Source of the DNA: Vitrella brassicaformis CCMP3155
Taxonomy: Eukaryota > Protista > Chromerida
Length of the DNA: 64,000 bases
NCBI GenBank assembly: GCA_001179505.1
Contig: CDMY01000938.1
Span: 62,001-126,000 of the forward strand
Direction of reading: 5' to 3'
In this document: piece by piece, positions 12,001 to 23,684 of the stretch
Numbering within the stretch: position 1 is the first letter of the stretch
Layout of the letters: each line of letters starts with the position of its first letter
Position numbers and translations under genes: made by a program
The notes under the pieces: model-generated
The model's input: only the letters and a program-made list of their open reading frames with translations
Databases searched by the model: none
Told to the model about the DNA's origin: nothing

Positions 12001-15000
12001 CAGAGCGACGGGCCGCGGGGGATCCAGCGAGAGTGGGGGGCCAAGGCACGGGGCATCCCGGACGCGCTGTACCTGAGGCTACACGAGATGCGCATCGGAA
12101 TGGTTAGCTTGACACACAGACAGGAAAAACCAATGTACGCGTGTGTCATGTGTGGTGGGTATGTTGGGTGTTTTGCTGGCTGTCAGGAGTACGTGCCGGC
12201 GATGGGCATGGCCCTCTCAGATGCCACCTCTCCGCACTCCATGAACATCGGCCTCTCCCCCTACTCCATCCCCACACCCACGCCCCCATCCCTCCACTCG
12301 CCGCAAAACCCGCCCCTCCCGCCCCAAAGCAGCCAAACACTGCGCCCTCGCGGGCCACGGCGGCCCCCAGCAGCCCCGCCCCCCTCTAGGAACGCCACAG
12401 CGCTCCCAACGCTGGATGAGAGGCCGGCATTGGGGGAGCGGCTGTGTCCGCCGCAGATGACGCTGCTGCTGCATGGCGTGTTCATGCCGTACCCCCCGCA
12501 GCGGCCCGCAGATGACGTGCTGCCTTTCATACGGGTGCCGCGGATATCGGCCAAAACCGAGGATGGCGTGTCGGTCTTCTGCCGGTGAGTGAGTCAGGGG
12601 AATGGATGGATGGATGGATGGATGGACTGCAAGGCCGATATATCTATCTGCCGTTGCTGTTGATTTTTCTTTTAGAGTGTCATCTCCTCGTGGGCATTTC
12701 TCTCCAGCGATGCAGCGGTACCTCCTGCACACAATGAAGGTCATCGAGGTTACCTCATCAACCGTGGCTGCATACATCGAAGGTCTCCAGGGCGGCCCCG
12801 CGCCCCCCGTCACCATTCCGTCGGTATCATCGCATCACGGCAAGCGCGGCGGCCGCAGCCCCACCAAGGACGTCTGCAAGCCGCCGCCCTTCCTCAAGGT
12901 CAAATTCACGCTGCAGTGCAAAGACGCCCAGGTCAACCTCCACTTTGTCGAGGCCGTCGAGGGCGCCGCTGGGCCGCCTCCACTCGCCAGCCTGGCGCGC
13001 TCGACCAGCCCCCATGTGACGCCCTTCCCTCCACCTGATAAACAGGCGGCAGTATACTCCGCCAGGAGCCACGCAGCAGCTGCAAAGGCCGCTGCCAGGG
13101 GGAGGGTTGGTGGTGCTGGTGGCGCTGGCGTGACAGTGAGGGGGGCGGGGTCATCGCGGCTGAGCAACGACACGCTGTCGCTGGTGTGCGACGACCAGCT
13201 GGCGTCTGTGTTTGCCGACCACCTCATGGGGATCCCCCCGCCCCCTCTCTACCCCTCATCCCCCGTCATGCCCAAGGACTGGGAATTGGCGCCGCTGCTG
13301 TGGAGATACGAAGAGGTAGGTACCTTACCTGCGGTGTCCTGTCCGCGCGTCCCTCTTGACGAGGAATCCCTCTGCCTGTCATGGTGTTCTGTCAATAGGT
13401 CGTCCAGGAGCTCGCCGGGATAACTCCTGACGGCGGGGATATGGAGGCAGCAGATGCTGGTGGTGACTTGGCGGCAACCTTCGCCTCACAGCAGTCGACA
13501 GCAACCGCCGCTCGAGGCCTGTTGTCGGTCCAGAGGGGCGCGGGTGGCGGTCCCGGGCTGGCGGGCACCTTCATGCAGAAGGTGGCGCCGCCCCACCCCG
13601 GCCACAGGGGCCTGCAGATGCTCATGGTGACCACCGAGGCGATCGTCAGCGCCGACCTGAGATCCTCCCTCGAGCACAGAGGGTCGACCGACGACCTGGG
13701 CGGCGGTGGAGGGCATCGGAGCATGCCCGTCTCGCCTCACGGCAGCAAGTCCCAGAAACCAGACAAGGTGGCCTACAGCCACATGCTCAAGGGCCGACCC
13801 TGCCCCCTGCTCGACGTCAAGGTCATCCTGCAAGTCCAGCCGGCTTACGCCTTCGTCGGGCCGGTGGCCCCCACGGGCATCCACTGGCACGATTCCAAGG
13901 AAGACGTGGACGCCTTCTTCGTGTCGCATATCGCCGAGGACTCGACCGTCGAGGGCCGGGTGGTGGGGCGCGACAAGCTGACGGGCCTGGGGTCCATCAT
14001 GCGCACGTCCGCTGTATCGATCGCCCTCGAGAGCCGGCTGCCATCTCTGGACACGACCATCCGCTCGCACGCCCGCAACGCTCTGCTCATTGCCGACGCC
14101 GAGACGATGGAGCTCTTCGCTCAGGTGGTGCAGAAGGTGCTGATGAACCGAGAGGCTCACGGCGCCGACGCCTCTCCAGGTGGTGGTGGCGGAGGTGTGG
14201 GTGGCCACAGCCCCACCCCGCAGCCCGTCGGCAAAGGGCCACGGCCGGGGCCGCCACAGCCGTCCGCCACGGCAGCCACGATCCTATTGCAGGAGAGCGA
14301 CGACGATGAAGACGGTGCGGACGTGGAGCCCGCCATGGGTCTGGGAGGGATCCGTCATGAGAGGGTGCGTCGCCGTCTGATCGAAGTGCTGGAGCGGCAG
14401 CAGCTGTCGGTTGTGGGGGCCGCCAGCAGGAGCCCCTCGACGCATTGGGCAATTGCGGGGTCGGCACCCACATCGCCCAGGCGGCTGTTTGAGGAGGGGC
14501 GGCAGGCGCAGCCTGACAAGATACACCTCGAGTACATTCTCGACCAGGTACCAGTGCCGCGTCGGTGGATGGATGGATGGATTGCGTGTCTGTGTGTGGT
14601 GCGTGTGCAGGTGTCTGTGTCATTGATACGTCAGTCGGGTATCTTTTGCCGCGCGTCGATGAGCGGCATCAACGGCATGATGGAGTTCCTGCTCGACGTC
14701 AAGCGGTCCAGCACCTTCGAGCTAGACATCGGGTCCATCAACATCGAAGACGTGCAGGAAGACGGAAACAGCTCCTTCGTAAGCACAACACCAACGGCCG
14801 CTGCCAGCCATAGACACACAGACAGGCAGGCGGAAAGGCATGCTGTGTGTGCATATGTGGATCCGTCAGGCCCTGACGCCTTTGGCTGCCGAGGGTGTGG
14901 ATCTCGAGGGCCAGTCGCAGCTGCTCTCCATCAGGGGGGCCGACAGATTCGTCAAGCTATTCGGCAAATCGTGGCAGGTCAGACAGACAGGCCACCCACA

Positions 15001-15900
15001 CACAACGAGAAAGAGACATACATCCATCGACAGTGGGTGAGTTGCGCCCGTCTGTTTCTCTGTCTTTGTCTGTCTGCAGGTGTTTGATTCGGTGCAGATC
15101 CAGGCGGCCCCTCTGCGTGTGGACCTCACGCAGGACCTCGTCCGGGCCCTCTACGACTTCGTCTTCCCCCCAACCAAATATGGCGACGACAAGGACAAGG
15201 ACGCCGCCCAACAACCCTCCCCACGGCCCGCTGAAAAGGACAAGAACGTGCCACCGCCCCCACAACGGTAAATCAGTGAGACACGACACACAGCCCAGGG
15301 ATGAGCCTGTTCCACTTATGTGTGTGTGTGTGTGTATGTGTGTATGTGTGTGTGTGTGTGTGCAGGGGCAGGAAGGAGGGGAGGCATGGCGCGGCAGGTG
15401 TCCCTGCGGTGCCGGCCGTGCCGACGCTCCCGACGTACATTTTCTTCAAGTACCTGCGGGTCTCGCCCATCGTGGCGGAGATCAACTTCAAGGGCACCGT
15501 AAACCTTAACGTAAGCGACCTCCCAACTTACTCAGCTGAACAGACAGCTGGGATGGATGTAAGGGTGTCCTGTTGGCTGATGCATGACATGACATCAGGA
15601 CATCGCGCTGGAGCTGACGGCGTTTGTGCAGCAGCGGAAGCTGAAGCCGTGGAAGGGCATGTGCGACAAATACATGTGGCACCTCGCCAAACAGGTCGGC
15701 ACAACCAACCCACCCGCCCCCCACAGCAGTGCACACAGACGCCCATCCCTCTTTCTCTCTGCGTGTGTGTGTAGGGGGCGGGGAAGGTGGCGGTGCACAA
15801 GCTGAAGGACCTCTTGCCCAGGGGCCCTAAGGCCAACACAGAGCAGGTGCTCGCCGCCAGAGACGCCGACAAGAAACAGATTCTCTTCGGCAAAATGTGA
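6068..15900 (+). CDS. BLTP2: Bridge-like lipid transfer protein, BLTP2/KIAA0100/Hobbit/Fmp27/SABRE family (very large, multi-exon)
   Basis: N-terminal membrane anchor MPFAFILSLLVLICLFLLLLPYFIP, about 10 kb of exons with beta-rich segments, and C-terminal Apt1-like motifs IQAAPLRVDLTQDLVRALYDFVFP, YIFFKYLRVSPIVAEINFKG and terminal KKQILFGKM. These match recalled human BLTP2 motifs (VVPLTIQLT..FFP, FFIYIKIPQVPLCVSYKG, KKSIFGRRK). Confidence 0.8.
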
Positions 15901-17603
15901 CAGACAGACAGACAGATGGGGGCAGGGGAGGTACACTCGTTCTTTCATATCAACCAGTGGTTTGTTGAATGAAGCCGAGCCGCGGATGGACGGACGGACG
16001 GACGGATGGACAGAGGTCAGGTCTGTCGGTGTTTCTTCGTGTGTCGATTATAGCATGATGAGGGCGGGTTTTTGGGTCAACGAAGGCAAAGGAATGTGTG
16101 TGTCCTCCCCCTTTCCCTCCCCCGATTTCTCCTCTTTCTCGGTCTGGTGTACATTGGTCCGGGGCATACATCACATGTGTCGCGTGTGTGTGTGAGTCGG
16201 CCTGTGTCGTGTGTGCACCATGTGTGTGTGTGTGTGCCTGTGTGTGTGTAGCGTACATAGCTGGTGAGAATGAGACAGATGGATTGATGGATGTGACTCT
16301 CTCTCGGTTATTTGTCATCTCATCCTTCTTCACCGAACCATACTAATGCTGGTTGACCGACAAGACGCGTAAACAAGGTTGTTCCCGAGATACGCCACGC
16401 ACGGAATGCATGCAGCCATCCAGCCGTACAAACAGGTCGTTGGTTCAATGAATCGGGTCCCTAGACAGACAGACAGCCGGCCAGCCAATTGGTGTGCTCT
16501 CCTGGCTGTGTTGGCCAGGCCTTCTACACAGACAGACATACAGAAAAGATGTATGGTAACGGCGAGCGGATCATGGGTCTTTCATGGCAAAAAGGTGTAA
16601 AACCCTACGCACCGCACACAAACCAGGGCGACCAAAACCAACAGTCAGTAGTCCTTCCTTGCTGCACTGCGCTACTCGTTTCCTGCTTCCTTCCTTGCTG
16701 CTATCGCTGCCTCCTCCCTCCCTCTTGGCTACGAGCCTCCTGAGCACAGCACAAAGGAGGCGGAAAATCGGAGGCGGGTCCCTCTCGTCCTTCCCCTCTC
16801 TCTCTCTCTCTCTCGTCATTGAACAAAACGGCCACGACATGCACACAGACAGACACGAACACTCATTGAATGATGGACACGCACAAAAGAAAGAAGGCGC
16901 GAAAACCGATATCACTGTTGTGTGAAGTGAGAAGGCGAAGATCGTGCGCCAGACATGGACAAAAAGATGGGTGGCCTGCTGCCATTGTTAAAACACTCTC
17001 TGCTGCTGACTGACTGGCCATGCCGTGGTCGTATCGCGTTGGTGCAGGAGCTGGAGGAGTCCTGGAAGGAGCAGAACAGTGTCAAAGCTGCAGTGACAGC
17101 CTGAACGCTGTTCAACCCTCCCCAAGGATACCCACAGCTCCGCAACAAGCACGACACAATCTCGGCTGAAGCACACGCCCAACAACATTCACCCACTCGC
17201 TCAGACACACAGTCAGACAACGAACACTCTCTGCTCTCTCTCTCTTATGCTTGAGGCTGGCTATGCCACGCTTGTGCCGTGTCCCTCGAGAAGCGCCAGA
17301 TCCAGTGGGAGAAGTAGCAGCGACAAGACTGCATCCACAGCCTGGCCACTGTACCCAACCTCCCGCATCTGAGGCTTCCCAAAGAACGCAAGCGCAATCA
17401 CACGCCCCTCTCTCATCTCATTTCACACACGTCACGCCATCTCACAAACATGCATTGCATCATCACGCTCACAGACAAGCAGGAGCTCTCTCTCTCTGGT
17501 CACCGCAGCCCCGCCCGCCCAGCCAGCCACCGGCGACCGTGGAGGCCACCGACAGCCGACATGGACGCACGGCCGCAGCTGGAGGTGTTGGTGTTGGTGT
17601 GGT

Positions 17604-18663
17604 TTAAGCGATCTGTCCGCAGTCGGCGACGACGACAGGCTGTGCGGTGCGGCCGCCCTGGCTGCCCTGGGCCTCCATCGCCTTGACCACATTGGCGCCA
17701 TCCAGCACCTGACGACCACACAAACAGAACAGACACTCAAAACGGAAATTAGATAAGAGTGTGGCTGGCTGCAACTGTGTCTGTCACGGGGTGGATACCC
17801 ACCTTGCCGAAGACGACGTGCTTGCCATCGAGCCAGGGAGTGGTCACCGTCGTGATGAAGAACTGGCTCCCGTTCGTGTTGGGACCTGCACACATCACAT
17901 GCAACACACCACACCACACGGCGGGGGTCGGTCGACTCACGTGTGTCTCGGTTGATGTGGGGCACGTGTGTATGCCGGGCACCTACCGGCGTTGGCCATG
18001 GAGAGGAGGTTGGGCTCGGTGTGCTTGAGTGCGAAGTTCTCGTCGGCAAACTTCTCGCCGTAGATGCTCTCGCCGCCCGTGCCGTTGCCGGCAGTGAAGT
18101 CACCACCTGAACACACACATATACACACACACACCCCACACACGCACCCCAACAGCGTATGGCACCCGCCTCTGCGCACATGCGCACATCGATCAGCGCT
18201 ACGTACCTTGGCACATGAACTGGGGGATGATGCGGTGGAACGTGCAGCCCCTGCACACACACATAGATCCACACACACCACAGCACATGACAGGCATGTC
18301 CGCATCTCCCTCCCCTCTGCTGCATGTATTCTTTCCCTCGTCTCACTTGTAGTGGAGGGGCTTGCCGGTCCTGCCGGTGCCCTTCTCGCCGGTGCACAGC
18401 GCACGGAAGTTCTCGGCAGTCTTGGGCACCTTGTCAGCAAACAACTGAACACACACACACGCAGACACGTCAGGCGACAACACAGCACACACGTGCCCAA
18501 CCCCCTCAACGCGTCACAGCGTCCAGCGTCCCCGGCTCCCTCTCTGCCGCCCCGTACACTCCCACATGCGCCACTCCCTCCCTCCCTGCCTGACCTCGAA
18601 GGTGATCCGGCCTGCGGGCGCGCCGCCGATGGAGATGTCGAAGAAGACCTGAGGGTTCGGCAT
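17604..18663 (-). CDS. PPIA: Cyclophilin-type peptidyl-prolyl isomerase, cytosolic CypA-like, divergent-loop class
   Basis: Six exons: [23 protein letters not shown]|[33 protein letters not shown]|[14 protein letters not shown]|[25 protein letters not shown]...LLSMANAG|[27 protein letters not shown]|VLDG...ADCGQIA*. Carries the GRTGKPLH loop insertion. Confidence 0.97.
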
Positions 18664-18802
18664 GGCTGATGACAAATGGCAAATGGACGCTTCGGGGAGG
18701 AAGGGGAGAAAAGGGATGTCTCGGCGTCTCACTTGACGTAAAACAGAGAAACCCTTCTGCCGCTCTAACTCATTCCCTCCCCGCGGGCAACCCAGACAGA
18801 CG
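18664..18802. promoter_or_regulatory. Probable compact bidirectional promoter (cyclophilin / OTU)
   Basis: Only 139 bp separate the two divergent ATGs. Function is inferred from geometry. Confidence 0.55.
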
Positions 18803-20762
18803 ATGGGCAAGCTGGACGACATATTCAAGAAGAAAAAGGCCGTCAAAGCGGTGAGTGCAGGACAAACGCAAAACGACCCGCCGAACATGGATTGCGTCCA
18901 TGGATCTTGCCTCCCTTGTGTTGTGGTGCTGACCAGACCAACTTGAGCCAACAGCTGCTGCCCGAGAACCAGCCTGCACCCAGTGCATCCGAGGCCAAGG
19001 GATCTGCGCCTGCGTCCGCGTCCGCGTCCGCGTCAGCATCTGCAGGCGGCAACGGTGATGGCGAGGACGGTGCACCCGTGTGGCACAAGGAGTTCCAGCA
19101 CCTCAGCAGACACCTGCAGCAAAAAGGTGAATACACAGACAGACAGACAGACAGACAGACAGACCGACAGACCGACCAGACAAAGCAGATAGATCCTCAC
19201 ATCACTTGCCTGTGTGTGTTATTCATTTAATTGCAGGTTTCTGGATCAAGCCGGTGCAGGCGGACGGCAACTGCCTCTTCAGGGTAGGGAGGGAGGGCGA
19301 ACCTCGATGGATGCACACGAACGTCACGTCATTCACTCTGGTGCTGCATGTATTGATCGCATGAGTCAGTCGCGTGTGGTGATCTGATCTGTGTGTGTCT
19401 GCAGGTGTTTGGTGACCAGTTGCGGGGCGACCCGACGGCCCATCCAGAGTTCAGGGAGGCATGTGTGAGTGACGTGACCGACACGACAAACACACCCAAG
19501 ACAGACATATGGGGAAGGGAGGGCGAGGGTTATACATATGGGTGCATCGCATCGCATCGGTGGGTGCGGTGCGGTGCGGTGCAGGTCAACTACATGACGG
19601 AGCACAGGGGCGAGTTCGAGCCATTCATCGAGGTAAGAGCACAGATACCGATCAGATCAGATCACCTGTCGTGTCGCATCATCGTGATGTTTGTGGTACG
19701 GCCGGTTCTCTCGCAGGACAACGAACCATTCGAGATATACGCAGGCAGGTCAGCGCAACACAGCACAGCACAGCACACCACACCACACCACACCGCAGGC
19801 AGCATCACACGACGAATTCTGTGTGTCTGTCATTGTTCAGGATGCGTCTGGACAGCGTGTGGGCGGGCCAGCTTGAGGTGCAGGTCATGAGCCTCATGCA
19901 CCGCGTCAACGTCGTCATCCACCAGTGCAGCCTCCCGCCCAGCAGCAATGCACTCGAGGCCGTCGCGGGCAAGGCCGCCAACCCCAACGCACCGCCAGAG
20001 TTCAGAGTGACCGAGGTTCGTGAGAGACCAAGAGAGGCGGGCGGTGGACACATATGATTGGATGTGTGTGTGGACTCGTGTGTGTGTGTGTGTGTCAGAT
20101 GGTCAACTTTCCCGAGAGCGATCAGTGTGTGATGCTGTCTTATCACTCTGGGGTGGGCCACAAGGCACACACAGATGCTATCAGCGCATACCACCTCTCC
20201 CTCCTCCCTCTGTGTGTGTCGTGTGCAGGAGCACTACAACTCAGTGCGGCTGATGGACACCGACGAAGACCTACCCCCACCACCACCACCAGCAGCCCCA
20301 GCCCCACACCCAACAGACCAAGAGCGGCCGTCCGACGCACAATCCCAACAGCAGCAGCAGAACGGCCTCCCCTCCCCCCAGTCATCCCAAGGCCCCGATG
20401 CGTCGACAAGCAGCAAGGACGAGCCGGCCACAGACACCACCTCCTCCATGTCGATGAAGAGCCTCTCGGCCGCCTTGCTGCCGGCGGCGAAGGCGCAAGA
20501 CGACTCTGCTGCATTGTCGTCGAGTGTGGGGTTGGGCAAGGCGCCTCCGACGGTGAGGATGCACGGGAGCGTGACGGTGGTGCTGCCGAGCAAGGTGCAT
20601 GACGTCAAGGGCAGGCCGCCGCCACTGGTGTCCATCGAAGATGTCAGGTCAGCAGGGGGCGGCCGTGTTGATGATGTGCGTTGTGTTGCGGTGTGTCATT
20701 CATGTGTTGTGTGTGATTGCCATCCATGCTTGGTGCTCTCTGTGCAGGTTGAAACTCAGTGA
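18803..20762 (+). CDS. OTU-domain deubiquitinase (OTUD3-like)
   Basis: Spliced: GFWIKPVQADGNCLFR|VFGDQLRGDP...|...WAGQLEVQVMSLMHRVNVVIHQ...|LSYHSG|EHYNSVR. The catalytic Cys (DGNC) and His-x-Asn (HYN) are intact; the C-terminus is low complexity. Confidence 0.9.
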
Positions 20763-21264
20763 GGCTGAGTCGGGTTGATGAGAGAGACATGACATGTGTC
20801 GACAAGGAGGGCGGGGAAGGCGTGACTGATCGATGAGACACATACAATTCAGAGATTGAATGGATGAATGGTGTAGAGAGATGAAGGAGGAGGAGGGTCT
20901 GTGTAGGTAGTAGTTCTCCAGAGGGCAGACAAGACAAGCCACCCCACGCTTGCCTACAGCATGCCCTCCATGGCCTGTCTGTCTGCGTCACTGACTGTCT
21001 GACTGACTGACTGACTCCACACCCACCCTCTCTGACAAACCGGAGCTTCACCAAAAGAATTAAGGCATCCAATTCATGGATGTAACTAACACACGGATAA
21101 ATCAATTTACTGCACGGTGCTCCACATGAAAGACACAATACATGGCCGCCACGTCACATCACACAAACACACGCGCACAAACGGTCGGTACGAAGCTACA
21201 TACATCCGTGAAGATTTAAGGATGTGGGCGTGTACCAGCACTTAAGTCGAAGACTCAGTCGGGC

Positions 21265-23426
21265 TCACGCAGCCTTCTGTTTTGACACGGCGGCTGATCT
21301 GCGCGAGCAGCAGAGGCGCCTCAAACAGGCGCCAAACAGCACCACCTTCACAGACACCTGCAGATGCACACACACACACCATGTGCCCTGCCCAGATTTA
21401 TCTGCAACGAATCTGCAACGCCTGCATACAATAAATACACGGAAGGTCACGCAGCTAGCTGACCAGGAAGCATGCAGCAGCGATGAGATCCAGACCTAGC
21501 GCCCGATAGAAGGGCAGCCGCTCGGCCGGCGTCTCCCAGTGGCTGAGGTCGCCGCCCATAGAATACACGTACTCCACCAAATCTATGGGACACGGCACAA
21601 CACAACACAGCACAGCACAGCACACACCAACACACCAACACACACAATGACTGACGAGCAGAGAGAGGGTGGCATGGCCTCCCCCCTTACGAACACAAAC
21701 GCACCAGCGGCTCTCTCCACCCCTCCATAGAGCTTCATTGTCGCCTGCAGGTGTGCCGTCCTCTCAGCAAAGGAGGCGTTGGACATCACCTCAGCAATGG
21801 CGTGCCGCACGTCGGCTGCCGTCATGGTGTGCCGGTCGAGCATCAGTCCGACGCCCGCCCGTTTCAGGCGCAGCCCCACGTCGAGCTGGTCGCCAAAATG
21901 CGGAATCCCGACAATGGGTGTGCCCGCGTAGATGGCCTCATGGACGCCATTTGCACCACAGTGCGATAGGAACACCTTCACCTTTTCATGGGCCAAAGCA
22001 GCGGGGGTGGCCACCCAGGTCGCCAGGTGGAAGACATCCTCCGACGGCCACTGGTCTCTCGGGGGCAACTCGGCCCACTGTTTCTCGCCCAGCGCCCACA
22101 GCACCCGATAAGGCCGTGGGGACGGTCCACTGAAGGCTTCCATCAGTGTATGGCCCATGCGCTCCTCAATGTGCAGAAGGGAACCGAAACTGACATAGAC
22201 GACCGGGAGAGACGAGGCGTCGAGCCATTTGCGCACAGAGGGGTCGAGTCGGTCTGGCGAGAGGCTCTCTGGCCGCAGCAGGGCGCCGGTATACTGCAAA
22301 AGTGGCGGCGTGTGGAAGGGATAATCGAGGCCAGGGAAGGAGTGCACCATCTTCAGGACAGACTTCGCCCGCCTGCATCCAAACACCCACCACACGCCTC
22401 CATCCATCCATCCATCCAGCCATGGATCCATGGATCATCTCTCTGACTGAGATCGCATCGCTCATCACCTGCTCATGAGGTAAGTGAAAGGAAACTCTAG
22501 CCGCTCGCCCACCATACTCACCACCGCAAAGTACACCATCTTCGCCACCCGCTGCAGCACCGTCGGCTCATCATACGAGAAGCCCGTCATAAAGGGCGGC
22601 AGATACGGCCATGGCGGCGAGAGCATCGGCACCAAGCTCACAGTAGGGTGTGAGTAGACGGCAGGGATTTCGCGTTCGAACGCGAAATCGAACGCGGCCG
22701 ATGCCCCTATGCCCGCCAGCACCAGGTCGGGCAGATGCGTCGCGTGCGACCCGTTGAGTGGGAAGTGCTTCTCCAGACCTTTCTCCAGCGCTTTGTTCAG
22801 GTTTCTGAACACTGTGATGATGTCCAAGAAGCTCCGCAGGCCAACCTGAATGAACAAGACAACAGACACGCCGTGAGGGCCGGCATGGCATGTGCTCTGG
22901 TGGGCGAGCGACCATGAGCGACCATCCCATCTACTGCCTGTCTGTCTGCCTTTCTCACGCGGTTTGGGTCGGCCCCCCCTGTCATGTCCTCCTGGGTTAG
23001 CACGCCAAGCGAAACGAAAGTAAGTCCTGCGGCACACACGCGCACACACACGACGCACACAGAGGGAGAGGGTCACTCACATCTGGAAGGCAAGCGATCA
23101 TGGATCGTGGAGGCGGATGCACCTGTTCTCCACTTTGCTTCTGCCGAGCGGCTCAGATGTGGCAACTCGGACCTGGAGCAGAGAGAGAAGAAAGACAGAG
23201 AGAATAGGCATCCAGCTTATATGTAGTCTTAGTTTGTTTCCTTCCTTTCATTGATTACAGTGTGTCCACGCCTCTGCAGCTCTGCACCGATGTCAAGCGG
23301 CGCGTGAAGATGGCTGAATGGACTGCTGATCGCCAACACATCGAACGCTCCCGCGCCTCGAGAATGAATGAGTGCACTCATTTTGAGTGCACACCAAAGG
23401 CCTTGCAACATCGTCAGGCACCCCAT
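21265..23426 (-). CDS. UDP-glycosyltransferase (GT1/UDPGT family), membrane-anchored
   Basis: N-terminal DVLAISSPFSHLHAPLDIGAELQRRGHTV, UGT signature WVATPAALAHEKVKVFLSHCGANGVHEAIYAGTPIVGIPHFGDQ, a C-terminal hydrophobic helix (LGLDLIAAACFLVS) and tail SKQKAA*. Confidence 0.93.
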
Positions 23427-23684
23427 CAGCGCCAGATCTGCCTGCGAAAAAGACCAATTTCTTCAGTCGCTTTCCTTCCAAGCGCGCATCAGCGATCCCA
23501 TCGGGAAGGAAGCGCATTGCGTGTGAGTGTGCTGATGACGCCGAAGTGAGCCTCACCGTCAAATCCTCCTGTGGTCATTTCTCGTCGAGAACTTCGGGTG
23601 GGCGAGATTCTCTTCATCGCGAAACGACTGACTCCAGTTGATTCTCTGTCTGACGGTGTTTTGTGTTATGCTGCAGGTGATGTG

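Noticed and set aside
13486-14208. Long antisense or alternate-frame ORFs (also 6742..7356, 11136..11765, 25615..26535, 46139..46999, 57465..58346)
   Set aside because: They shadow real GC-rich exons or cross introns, and show no independent motifs.
16955-17104. 49-aa ORF MDKKMGGLLPLLKHS...ELEESWKEQNSVKAAVTA and a nearby SLEKRQIQWEK fragment
   Set aside because: I could not build a consistent spliced model or recognise a family. It may still be a small gene.
18730-18740. TTGACGT (CRE-like) motif shared by two divergent spacers (also near 28388)
   Set aside because: Absent from the other spacers examined; two hits of a 7-mer is not meaningful without statistics.
1-20762. Apparent clustering of ubiquitin-system genes (BTB, F-box-like, OTU)
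   Set aside because: These look like large expanded families, and co-location by chance is likely.
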